NCBI GenBank assembly: GCA_964016885.1
Contig: OZ024747.1
Location: 79,732,001-79,796,000 of the forward strand
Source of the DNA: Eledone cirrhosa
Lineage: Eukaryota
DNA: 64,000 nucleotides
Direction of reading: 5' to 3'
Of the stretch, positions 22,666-54,498 are shown in pieces (position 1 is the first letter of the stretch; every line of letters begins with the position of its first letter). Made by a program: the position numbers and the translations under genes. A model generated the notes under the pieces. That model was given only the letters and a program-made list of their open reading frames with translations. It was not told the DNA's origin and searched no databases.

Positions 22666-22950
22666 TACGAGGGTTGACAAAGATACTCTCATGGAATGTG
22701 ACCAAATGAGGTTTATTTTTCAACATAGTCTCCCTTGCGTTCCACACACTTCTTCCATCGGTGTTGCAGTACTGAGATCAATGTTTTCCTCGGCAGTGGC
22801 AGTTGTAGGACGTCCAGACATTGGGTCATCTTCAAGAATCCCCTATCTTTCCTAAATTTGGCTGCCCACTTTTGCACAAAGGAAAATTGTGGTACAATAT
22901 TGTAAGGTCTGCTTATACCCTTATCCATCTTTCAAAAATGAAGGTCCACA
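22666..22950 (-). mobile_element. Mariner transposon remnant
   Basis: TA-CGAGGG terminus; degenerate HTH segment VQKWAAKFR...EDDP.SGRPTTATAEENID. Confidence 0.7.
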
Positions 22951-23639
22951 TTTCGTCGACTTCAATACATTTTATTACATTTTATTCTATTGTAAACATT
23001 AACTTTTATGGAAATTTTATTACAAAATTTCAATTTAGTTCGATTTTTTGCAATTTATTTAACAAACATGGAAAAATAAGAAAAAGAATAAAATAAAAAA
23101 TAATTTGATTGCCTTTAATAAAGAAGATAAATAGGGTGGAACTGATTTCCAGGTCATACTAATGAAACAAGGTTTTTTCCATTACTGATATTATCTGTCT
23201 GCCCCAAGTCCTGGTAGAAGATGCTACACGAACTAAAGTATTTTACTGAAGGACGCAACATGCTGCAGGATCGAAGAAACGAGCCCATGACTTTATAATG
23301 GTTAGTCCAGTACCGTAACCCCTAAGGCATGTGCCTTCACAGAGGAAAGGTAAATCATATTATAACAGATTAGATGGGTACTATGTTAGATATTACTATG
23401 TGTCATATTATACCAAAGAGGAAGTGTGCTGTATAATAAACATTGATATCAGGTTGATTCAATAACTACCCGGTCCCAAATATGAACCATGAACTTATGG
23501 TCGTCAGTCAAACACTTTAACCATTGTATGTATGTATACACGTATGGATGTATGTATGTGTGTATACATGTATGGATGGATGGATGGATGTATCTATGCA
23601 TGTATGTATACATGAATATATGTAAGTATGTATGCGTGT

Positions 23640-25860
23640 ATGAGAACAACTGGAAGGACTTCAGGAGCTCGGTCTATGAGGCTTCAGCAGAGGTCCTTGG
23701 CTTTGTCACAAGAAAACAAGGACTGGTTTGATGAGAATGACCAGGAGGTCAAGGCTCTGCTAGACAGAAAACAAAAGGCACTTGATGCAGTTCTTAAAGG
23801 AGGTAGCTCTGTTGGTGACAATTATGAGCGTTACAGACAGGTAAAGAAGGAAGTGCAGGTGAAACTCAGGGCTATGCAAAATACCTGGTGGAGCAACAAA
23901 GCAGATGAAGTTCAAGTGGCATCTGACCGCAACAATGTGAAACTGCCGCACTTTCTACTCACAGAGGTGTATGGCCCTTTCAGCTCTCCAGTGGCCCCTT
24001 TGAGATCGAAAGATGGCAAGCAATTACTGCGCGACCCAAAAGACACTCGACAGATAGAGAGATCACTTTGAACTCTTAAACCAGCCATCCCAGGTTGATG
24101 ATGATTTCATTTGTTCCATTCCTATTGAACCAGTGAAGCATATGAGATGGCTAATGTATCTTCTCTTGCAGAGGGGACTTCTGTTGTGCATAAGCTGAAC
24201 TGTGGTAAGTCTCCTGGTATGAATGGTCTGAGTGGAGCGGTTTTGAAGTGTGGTGGTGAAAACTTCACGCAGCGCCTGACTGACCTCATGAAAATGGTGT
24301 GGGAAGATGAGAATGTCCCACAAGAAGGATGCGCTCATGGTGATTCTCCATAAAAGAAAGGACGGCAAGGACAAATGTGGCAATTATCATGTCATATCCC
24401 TTCTTTCAGTAGTTGGTAAAGTCGTGTTGAATATTGATGGATAGATTGATCCCAAGAGTTGCTCTGAATGTGTTGCCTGAGTCGCAGTGTGGGTCCAGAA
24501 ACGAAAGAGGAACAGTGCATATGATCGTTTCTGCTCGGCAGCTGCAAGAAAAGTGTATCGAACAATGTATGGACCTTTACCAGGTCTTTGTTGACTTGAC
24601 AAAGGCCTTTGACACTGTCAATCGAACTGCATTGTGGGAAAAAAATCCAAGGTAGGGACATGAAGGCTTTGGTCAGTATTGGTGGTAGCATCTCTGAACC
24701 AATATCAGTTGAAAATGGAGTGAAGCAGGAGGACATTCCGGCTCCAACTCTGTTTTCCTTATATTTTACGATAGTGTTTCTCATGGCATTCAAATATTGT
24801 TCTCATGGGGTTTACATCAGGTATCGCACTTCAGGAAGGTTGTTCAACACCAGGCACTTTGGTGCAAGCACGAAGGTATTAGCATCTATAATCCGAGAGT
24901 TTTTGTATGCAGACGACTGCGATCTTTTTGCACACTCACAAAGTGACATGCAGCATATTATCAACTCTTTTTCTGTAGCTTGCAGCACTTTGGGCGTCAC
25001 GATAAGCTTGGAAAAAACTGTTGTGATGTATCAGCCAGTACCTGGAAACGAGTACACTGCACCAAGTGTGTACGTGTACGGAAAGAGGCTAAAAGTTGCT
25101 GACAAGTTTGTTTACCTTGGTAGTACGTTGAACACTTCATGCACACATGATAATGAAATATCCTTAAGAATCAAGAAAGCCAATGATGCTTTTGGACGGA
25201 TGCACCAATGTTTATGGTCCAGACGAGGTATCACTATCGAAACCAAGGTGAAAGTGTATCTGACTTGTGTCGTCTCCTCTTTACTTTATGTTTGTGAAAC
25301 GTGGGTCATATACAGAAAGCAGCTCAAGGATCTGGAGAGATTTCACCAACAATCTCTTCATAAGTTACTTGGGGTGTGGTGGAAAATGTTCGCCAGTGAT
25401 TTGGAAGTTCTAGAACGGAGCAGGTGCGTGACTATAGAGAGCATAATCTTTCGGTATCGGTTGAGGTGGTGCAGTCACGTGGTCTGGATGTCTGATGATC
25501 GTATTCCAAAGCAACTTCTCTATGGAGAACTGTGTGAAGGAAGGCGACCACCACATGAACCAAAAAGGCAGTACCGGAACTGTATCAGGGGCACCTTGGC
25601 TTGTGCTGGAATTTCATCTGATGAGTGGGAGAAAATGGCTGACGAGCGTGTGAAGTGGAGACGTTTGATCAAGTCAGGTGGTGAACACTTTGAAACTCGT
25701 CGGAGAGAACACCTAACACTGAAAAGGAAGGTGAGGATTGAGACTGTTCTGAACTGCCTGCTGTTGAACATCATCTGGTTTGCCAGCACTGTGGTCGAGT
25801 CAGCCTGAGCAAAGCTGGTTTGATTAGACATGAACAAAGTCATATCAGTAGACCTCATGT
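23640..25860 (+). mobile_element. RTE-clade LINE, 5'-truncated and frameshifted
   Basis: Fragments DWFDEND, LPESQCG, FVDLTKAFDTV, GVKQ, LYADD, YRLRWCSHV, RIPKQLLYGEL. Confidence 0.92.
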
Positions 25861-26685
25861 ATATTATGATCTGAAAAGGTGTAAGAAATGTACAAGCATA
25901 GGTCTTAAAAGATACATGTGAACATACATGTGAACATACAGCCAGAACAAAGCAATGGAAGGTTTCGGGGGGAGCCTAAAGTTACCATGTGTGTGCCAGA
26001 GGGTGCAAGTATTTGGCTGGTTTAAAGAGTCACATTTGTGCTTCACATTTTTTAACATTTTATCGGGCGATGGCAATACTTGAACACGAGTTTGCAGCCA
26101 TCATGTAGTATGTATGTATGTCGGGTCACTCTTGAGTGCTATTGGTAATATGTAACCCAGTACAACCTGTCGCATGGTCGGGACGTCGGCGACTAAACTG
26201 GCAACCCCACCAAGTTTACTTGGTGAGGAGGGTGATTTTGGACAAAAAACAAAACCTGACAAAGGGTGGAAGATCTCATAAGAGTCAACGGCCATCCAAA
26301 AGTGTGTAAATATGTATATGTATATGTGTATATACATGGGTGCATGTGTATGTACATGCGCGGGGACATAGAAATAATCGGGCTGGACACCTGATCGCGC
26401 GGTTAAACCACTGGGAGTGAAGGACCCCTAGCCTTTGTCAGGGCATTCTTCTAGAAGGCAACTCAGGAAACTGGGACTCAGTAGTTACCGATGTTGATAT
26501 TTTCTTCTTTTCGGGTTATAGCTACTGTCGCTCAGAGAGTGGGATTGGCTCAGTGCAGTCTTTCCTCATTTAAAAAAATATCTTCATGCACAGGCATTGC
26601 ACGATAGAATTAATAATTATTAATAACGGTATATCGTGCAATGGTCATACTCGATAACGAGGGGGCAGCCATCATGTATGCATGC

Positions 26686-26717
<32 letters not shown>

Positions 26718-28545
26718 GTGCATGTGGGTATGTATATATATATATATATCTCCATATACATATTTATTCAGCTGATATCAGCTGGATTGGTTGGAATATT
26801 CTGACGCGAATTCTTTCTGCTCTGTTAAATCGAAACAAATCTTGACTTTTTATTTGAAGTTTTCTATATAAGAGACCGGGAGACCATGTTGATACTATGA
26901 AGGCCATTTGTCCAAAGCTAGGAAGGAATTTGTGGAAATAAATAGTTATTTAATATTTATATTTGATTTTATTAAATTCTATTTGGACGAAATTTCATTA
27001 AACACTCGTTACTATTTTGAAAAACAATTCTGAAGATATTTGCAGGCATTTAGTAAAGCTGGGGTGTTAAACATCTTACATGTTCTTAAATGAATATAAA
27101 CATTTCATAAGAAATAACTGCCATCATACAAAGAACGGTTTGTTATTAAAATAAACCTGGTAATTTATTAAATATGTCAGAAGAACCAAATGTCGCTGTG
27201 CTGCTTTAATAATTTAAGTATAAATCTTATCTTTATAGCTAAATATATTTTGTATACATGAATAATTGTTTCTACTTTTGGCACAAGGCCAGCAATTAAC
27301 CAGTGCATTACTGGTACTTTATTTTATCGACCCCGTAAGGATGAAAGGCAAAGTTAACCTCGGCGGGATTTGAACTCAGATCATACAGGGAGGTAACTAT
27401 GCTTCAAAGCATGCGTCCGACCTACCAATACTGCCATTCCACACATGAATAATGACCGATCTTTGGACTTCAACTATCAGCTTGTGATCAAAAGGAAACT
27501 AACAAACTAAAATATTAAATACGCTAATTGAAATCCCAAAAGAATAGAATTTTCTAATTGATTAAATGAGTAAAATATATTAAAAAAAAATATTTGTAAC
27601 TAAACATCCGACTGAGAATAACAGAACCTCTAGCAAAATACGACCATGGCGTGAGGTAAAAAACAATTAAGGCCCGAACCCTGATGTGAAGTCATTCGCT
27701 TCCAGTAAGGCGTCCCGCATAAATAATTTTAATTATTTTATTAACTACAAAATTTTCAACTTATACATTGAACAAAATGTTTCAAGAAACTAAATTAAAA
27801 TGTTATAGCATGCTTTAATTTGTATTCGATTGATGACGCAAAAAAAAAAAAAAAAAAATATTCAAATAAGTTCTTTAAAAAGGAACAATGTAATCGACGA
27901 GGTTGGTCAAAATTAAAACCTTTCAATATTGCTGAATGAGCAACCATTAAAAAAATGGCATAACTCCGAAGGTCAGACTGACGATCGTGGAATGATAAAG
28001 AGATATATATTTTTCGACCTAGTCCCTGGAAAGAGATGAGTGGAAATGGAAGTATCAATCCTTCATAGTCAGCCTATTAACTTTTCAACATTCTCTCGTA
28101 GTTTAATGTACTAAAAACTTTTTTATATGAAATTTTGCACCAGTACGTTTCCGGCGAGTTTCTCCTGGGTGCTCGAGAAGCCACGTAGAGGGTCCCTTGT
28201 TAATCGAGAGGAATATAATACGAAATAAATCTTAAACTTTCATCTTCAGTAAACAAAACCCCTCGAACTAGGTCGACATGAAAAATACTTAAATGATACT
28301 AACAGAAGAGATAAAAAAAAATAAAGATATTTCAATATCTTTACTAAATAATGCATTAAGTTGAGGAAACAAAGTAGGATGGGAGTTATATAAGGACATT
28401 GTCCAATAAGTCAATAAATGCTAGGTTCAGAATTAAATTTAAATAGTGGAAAGCGATAACATACTAAGAATATTAAAGATTTATACCGAATAAGTAAAAA
28501 GCACATCGTTGATGTTTGTAAGGTGACTTAAATGAAAATATAGGT

Positions 28546-28561
28546 GGCCCTGAAAAGGGCC
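28546..28561 (-). terminator. H4 3' stem-loop
   Basis: GGCCCT-TTTC-AGGGCC-ACC. Confidence 0.95.
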
Positions 28562-28589
28562 GGTGACATGAGGCTAAAAGATATTTAGC

Positions 28590-29593
<1,004 letters not shown>

Positions 29594-29622
29594 GATGTTA
29601 CAACTTTAAAACATCATAAAAT

Positions 29623-29638
29623 GGCCCTTTTTAGGGCC
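29623..29638 (+). terminator. H3 3' stem-loop
   Basis: GGCCCT-TTTT-AGGGCC. Confidence 0.93.
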
Positions 29639-31982
29639 CCCTATATTATATCAAAAGTCTTTTCCTTCACATAGATTGCGCTTATTGTTTAAAATTTTTT
29701 TTTTTTTAAATTTTAAATTAAGTTGTATGTGAGTAGGCTTTATCAAAACTAATTTAGATAAAAATTCAAAATAGAGTACTTATTCGCCTCCTAAAGCTTT
29801 CATAATATTAACGATGCTACACGTGCTTCATTATTGTATTCGGGTAGAAAGTTATTATCTTTGTTTCTCTGTTGGTTAAATAACAATTTCAATTGTTTAC
29901 AGCCCAGTAAGAGCATATTTTAGTGTAGAAATATATCGGTGAGCTCTTCATTTTTGAAAATAGATCGATTTTATAAATTGTACGAGATTATAAAATATTT
30001 CGTTATGGTCTACGAATTTTTTCTATTTTATTTACTTTTATTGTGACCGGACGAGCAGGACTATTGTATCAATGATATACCATATTCTACTCTTCATTTC
30101 GTCTCGTTTCTTAGCATATGTATATTTAATCTACTTTGGCGCGAAGCTTCCATTTAGAAAAAGTTCATAGTTCATTTAGTTTGTCTAGCTCTCTAGACAA
30201 ACCTTGTATTTGACTAGAAAGATTTAATATTTACTTGATTTAATTGACATGGAGTTATTAGGTAACGTTGTCAATTATTTTCTATCGTTAACGAAAATAG
30301 CTGTTAATTATAAGTTCGTTTGTAATAAATAAGCAATGGAGTCTCATCGCTGTTTGTACCTGTTTCGGTAAATTCAAGTATGTTTCTTTGTTTACCGTTT
30401 AGTATCCACATTTTACTTCTAACATACACGTGTATTCACATGTCACCACCTTCCTATATAGCCCTGGACTAGAAAGCTAATGCTTCATTCAGACATGTTG
30501 GTAGATCCGCATTATCTACACGGCACGGTGTTATTTGGCTGCTGTTTCTAGTATATCAAGTGACCATGGTGTCTGTCTTTAGCTGGCAGTGACTAGAGAA
30601 ATCACCATTTTTATATTTTTAAAACGTTGCGCCAAGAGCCAATAATTTACAATATAAATATAGATTCCCGATCTAAGTTTATTTTACCAGTGATAAAATA
30701 AGATGGACGGGTTGCAGCCATTTCAATCAATTGTACCCTACTTTAACAAACTATGGCTAAGAAAGTATTTTTAACTCTGTTACAGATCCTTTTATATAAT
30801 TTAACTTCTGGTTGGTCGCTACTGACTTTGGAGGTGATGTGAATTTCACATTCCTGTGCACTGAGTGCATTTTATAGTTACACAAGCGCTAGAAGTCTTC
30901 ACCCTTTGTTTGGAAAGTGTTGTACATCTGCATGTCCTACCTTTCACCAGCCCATTTATAGTGTTATGGGTGCATTTTTTGCAGCACCAACACTAGAAAT
31001 GTCTGACTCGGCTAAAGAGCCCTTTCTACCTTATGGGGCGGGAGGTAAAGAGATCAACCTTGCCTTTTCATCCTTTTGCGACATATTCGGAGGTCAGATT
31101 AGTTGATAGCCCTGGGAAAAATAATTTTCCCACTGAAATCGAGATGAGTGTTCTATAAATTTTTTCACAAATAATCTTCAGTTAATCTTAGAAAAAATTA
31201 AAAAGCTAAAATTGACAACGAAAAAGCAGGTACCTTCATATTCATTCCCTTTCATCTGGACATTTAATATACCTAAAACGAAACGACACAGTATGTGTGT
31301 GTGTGTGCGTATCTGAGCCTGTATTCAACGACTGCATTGAATGTTGGAGTTATTTCCCTTGTCGCATTATTTTAATCTGAGTTAGTGCATAAATGACTAC
31401 CCCCCCCCACACACACACACTGGATTGTGTGAAAAAACTAACAAACAAAAATAAAAACATTATTCAATCTCTCATACATACGTATATTTATATTTTACAT
31501 ATATACATAATTTTTGGTGTACAAAAAGAAAGATCTGATTGAAAAAAATTTGAACTAGAAATTATCATTTAACGTCCATTTTCCACTCTAGCATGGGTTA
31601 GACGGGTTTGTTCCATTGGAGGAAGGTCGGGTGATCATATCCTATTCATATAGGACTGTTTCTGGCTGGATGCCCTTCATAACGCCAACCACACTTACTG
31701 TGTGTGCCGGGTGCTTTTTGCTGTGACACCTACATGATCACTTTACAGTGTGGGCAGGGTGCTTCTTGTCCTGTCACCTGCATGATCGCTTTAGTGTGGG
31801 CAGGGCGCTTTTTGTCGTGATCCTTACACGAAAAAGAAAACACAAATGGTTTGTTTTTTAATAAGAAATTTATTTACAAATGAGATTGTAAATAGCTGCT
31901 GAATAATCTATCAATTGTGCTGCTGAAGCAGCAGAATTGATATATTTTTTACACACCAAATAAACTTCACAGTTGGAACCAT

Positions 31983-49701
<17,719 letters not shown>

Positions 49702-51854
49702 GAGTATTAAAGATCTCTTCTGGACTTTCTAATGAGCACAAAACGAGATGTTATCTAGATGAAGGAAAACCTGATATGAGAAAATTGCCGTCTAATTTCT
49801 ATTAACTTATACAATCATAGTAATTATATATAGTAATCAGATATCAGCTGATGACAGAATGACTAAAGATTTATTGGAATTGTTGAACTTTGGAACAAAT
49901 AAAATATATAGTTATTGCTTGTCAGTAGTATTGCCTTTTTCACACTTGTCTGTAATAGAGAATTACAATTAGTACATAAATCTCAAGAGCTCATAATTGA
50001 ATCATTAAGCAAGGTATTCATTCTAATTAAGAGGCAAATCTAAATTTAATTATGAAAAGATACAGCTTGACTGGTTAACCTAGTATTTTAAAATTATAGT
50101 TATTTCTCATAACTCATTATAAGGAATGTCTTATCAAATATATCCCATAATTTGTCTTCCTTCCACTGGGATAATATATGTGAAAATGCACCCAGTATGC
50201 TCTGTAATGTGGTTGATGATAGGAAGGGCATCCAGTTGTAGAAACCATGCTAAGACGGGTTGAGAAAATTCTTTAGCTGTGTCAAGGGTACAACAACTTC
50301 TCTAGTGTTGGTGATCTATACAATAAACACTCACAGCACTGTGTAAAGTGTTTGGTGGTAGGAATGGCATTCAGTCATTAAAAAACCCTACCCAAAAAAG
50401 TGTTGGGAGAATTTTTCAGTTGTGTTGAAAACATGACAATCCCCCTAAGGCTGGTGCAACACTAAAATGCACCGAATGCATTCTTTAGAGTGCAGGAACA
50501 TATGCAAGCGCGAAATGTGGTTGGTCCACACTGTAAATGTGGTTGGTGTTAGGAAGGGCATCCAACTGTAGAAAACCTGCCAGACAGTCCTATGCGAGCA
50601 AGAAAATCACTCTTGCCTCAAGTGGGACTACCCCCGTCCAAACCCATGCAAGCGTGGAACACGGACGTTAAACGTTGATGATGATGATGATGATGATGAA
50701 GCAGATTCTCAGCCCATCTGAGAGATCAGAGGCTTTGATTAAGTACTGAGGTTTTCACTTGATCATCCAATAAAAACAACTATGAGTAATAACTATGTTA
50801 GACAAGTGAGACAAAGTATGTTCATTAGAATGTCAGATATGTATTCATTAAGGCACCAATTATGTGTTCATTAGGACACCAATTATGTGTTCATTAGGAC
50901 ATAATTAGGTGCTTATTAGAACTCCAAACTTCTTAACAGCCACCTTCAAGAATATGCAAGAAACAAAACATTCAAAAGAGTGATATTGTAAAAAGTGACG
51001 ACTTCAAATGAATAAATATATGTGTGTGTGTGTATCTGTATGTGTATGTGTGTGTGGAGGGTGCCAAAGCAATTACATTTATAGTATGTGTGAGTATCTG
51101 TGCATTTAAGTTTAACATTTTACCAATATATATTTTCTTAAAAAAAGCAAGTTTAAACAAGTAAGCCTTGAAGTTTCTATATCCCATAAATATGGCAGCC
51201 CCCCATTCTGTGCGACATAATTTACAGGCTATGGCATTAATTTAATTTGTTTCTCATATTGCCTCCAGAGTTAAGAAAGATACTCCTGCCACACAGAATT
51301 ATAGCAGCATTGAGCTACTACTATTACAGCATGTAATTGAGTATGACTTGATAGTATTTACCATGCTTTGCTAAAGGTTTTATGTGCCCATGCTGTCACA
51401 AGCAGATACAGATACTGTCATATCCCTCCCTACTGTGACAGCTGGAAATAAAGAGGGCTGTATCAGCACTTGGCAGGTACTTTCTTTATTGATCCCAAAA
51501 GGATGAAACACAATGTGGACCTCAGTGGGGTTTGAGCTCAGATTTATTGCCCATCTATTGTCATGGAGACAGCCTCATTTTTAATCAAATCACTGCCATG
51601 AACTTCTCACTGTTAGTAAATGGAATGGAATAGACCTGTATTACTTTCAACAATGAGGGTTTAACCCTTTAGCCTTTAAACCAGCCGTATCTAGCCAGAA
51701 TTCTCTCACCTCTTTCCGTTCAAACCGGCCATAACTGACGGTTCATACTGATGTTAAGGTATTGTTCTCAAAATAAATAATATCAAAATCTCATAGGTTC
51801 GATATTATGTGAGATAATTATGTGAGATATAGCCTTTACCATGAAAATATAGTA

Positions 51855-52302
51855 ACTAGATCTGAAAAATGCGCAAGCTCAAAAGAGCCACAGAATGTTA
51901 TAATAAATCTTCAAAAGTGTGGGACTAGAGTTGTTGCTAAAAAATATTGTAATCATAATCTATCGTACACTCTGTGGCATCCTTTTATAAAAAAGAGACT
52001 CATAACGAACTCAAGACGACACAATAATTATTTAAGTGAATTTATAATATAGAATTCGGTTTAAGTACATTTCGTATTAATCATTACTAAACATCTAATA
52101 TGAGATATTGAACATTAGCTTAAATAATTATCGTGTTGTCTTGAGTTCGTTATGATTTTTTTTTTTTATAAAAGAATGTCACAGAGTGTACGATAGATAA
52201 TGATTACAATATTTTTGAGCAACAACTCTAGTTCCACACTTTTGAAGGTTTATTATAACATTCTGTGGCTCTTTTGAGCTTGCGCATTTTTCAGGTCTAG
52301 TT
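51855..52302. mobile_element. Foldback palindromic element with about 180-bp arms
   Basis: ACTAGATCTGAAAAATGCGCAAGCTC... / ...GAGCTTGCGCATTTTTCAGGTCTAGT. Confidence 0.85.
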
Positions 52303-52507
52303 TAATATTTTTTTAAGGCAACGCTTGTAATAACTCTAGTTAAACATGATATATATTAATAATAAATTATCGTTGTAATGTAATTAGATTATATAATTGT
52401 TATTTTATAAATGATCTTATAAATATTATTGTAAGATGTATAAAAATATTTTCAGACTTTTAATAGTTAATATAAATTTAAAAAATCATATATAAATTAA
52501 CAATATA

Positions 52508-52680
52508 ACTTACCAAAACGAGAAAAATATTTTGATGATAAAATGACGAAATACTGGAGGAAGATTCGAAAGCGAAACGATAAATAAACATGCAAACAAA
52601 GTGGCGGATGGTTTTGAGCAACAATTACTCTTGTTGGTTGATTAGCCAATAAGACGATGAAATTAGCCAATAAGACGATA
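52508..52680 (-). promoter_or_regulatory. Candidate 5' UTR exon and promoter of the minus-strand SLC22 gene
   Basis: Donor G|GTAAGT at 52514, matching acceptor at about 49771, duplicated ATTAGCCAATAAGACGAT (CCAAT boxes). Confidence 0.45.
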
Positions 52681-54498
52681 CATTACAAAAGATGTTTGGG
52701 AGGGATCACCACGGCCAGCGATACCCCTTGAATTTTTTATTCACAAGCTACGCATGTATGTCAGACACGCAGACTTAAAACATTCTGTTGTTAGTCACTG
52801 CGTGTCTAACAGATACATATAAAGTAACGTAAATGCTAAAGGGTTAAAATGTGAACTAAGTTCATCTGATGGGGTTCCAAACAAAGTTATGGTAAATGAC
52901 AATTGTCCAAGATACCAGGCAGTGGGATTGAACATGGGACCTATTGATTGCAAATCAAACTTCTTAACCATTGGGCCATGCTGTATCTTGTTAGTAGCTG
53001 TTCCCACACTTATGTATCATGGGGACAATCTTTGTTCCCAATTAACTTGCAAACCTCTAAAACCCAAACCGGGAGTACCATGAAAAAAAGTGCCCCAAAA
53101 CGGGGAGAAATGAGGCAAAATGGGGAGATTTTACATAATGAAAGCTATAGCCAATTTCACAAGAGAAGACATTTCTCACCCATCCCAAAGTAGGTGGGAG
53201 ATCTCCCCATTGGACGGGGAGAGTTGACAGGCCTGCAGTATGTAACTAAAAGTTAAAATATTTCATCAAGTAAAACAGGGCAAAACCCCTAATTTCTTAG
53301 TTTGACACAAGGTCCAAAAGGTTAGTGAAGTATAGTCAATTAAAATGGTACCTAATTTATCGATCTCAGAGGGATAAAAAGCAAAGTCAACCTTGATGGG
53401 ATTTGAACTCAAAACCTTTAGAGGTATAACCAAATGCCACTCACCATTAGTACTAATCCAGCAATTTTGGAGAAGGGAAAGTCTATTATATTGAACCCAG
53501 TACTTAACTGGTACTTTATTTTATTGACCCTAGGAAGAAAAAAGGCAAAGCTGATCTCGGTGGGATTTGAACTCAAAACTTGAAGAAATTTAACTGAATG
53601 CCATAAACCATTCTCTCTGATGTTAAAACGATTCTGTCAGTCCACCAACCTACTATTAATAATTGGTTCTACTTTAGGCACAAGGCCAACAATTAACCAG
53701 TACATTACTGGTACTTTATTTTATCGACCCCGTAAGGATGAAAGGCAAAGTTAACCTCGGCGGGATTTGAACTCAGACCGTAAAGGGACATAGCTATGCT
53801 AGAAAGCATGGTATCCGACTCTCTACCGATACTGCCAATCCACCGCCCCTACTATTAATAATTGTTTCTACGTTTGGCACAAGGCCAGCATTTTGGGGGA
53901 GGGGAAAGTCGATTATATTGATCCAGTGCATTACTAGTACTTTATTTTATTGACCCCGTAAGGATAAAAGGCAAAGCTAACCTCAGTGGGATTTGAACTC
54001 AGAACGAAAAGGGTCATAACTCTATGCTGCAAAGTCTGGTGCCCAATGCTCTACTGATAGAACTCAAAACTTGAAGAAATTTAACTGAATGCCGTAAACC
54101 ATTCTCTCTGATGTTAAAACGATTCTGTCAGTCCACCAACCTAATAGTAATAATTGTTTTTACTTTTGGCACAAGGCCAGCAATTACCCAGTGTATTACT
54201 GGTACTTTATTTTATCGACCCTGTAAGGATGAAAGCAAAGTTAACCTCGGCGGGATTTGAACTCAGATCATAAAGGGCTGTAACTCTATGCTGTAAAACA
54301 TGGCATCCAACCCTCTACCGATACTGCCAATCCACTGCCCTAGTGACAGTTAAGATAAGCATAAATTATTAAAAGCAATTTTAATGTATTCAGTTCATAT
54401 CACATGTTCATAAACTTATTAAGTGTTAGATTAAATTATCTTATCAGGTTATTGTTTAAAAGCAAATTAAACATTTGTTATTATTTTCAAAATATAAT

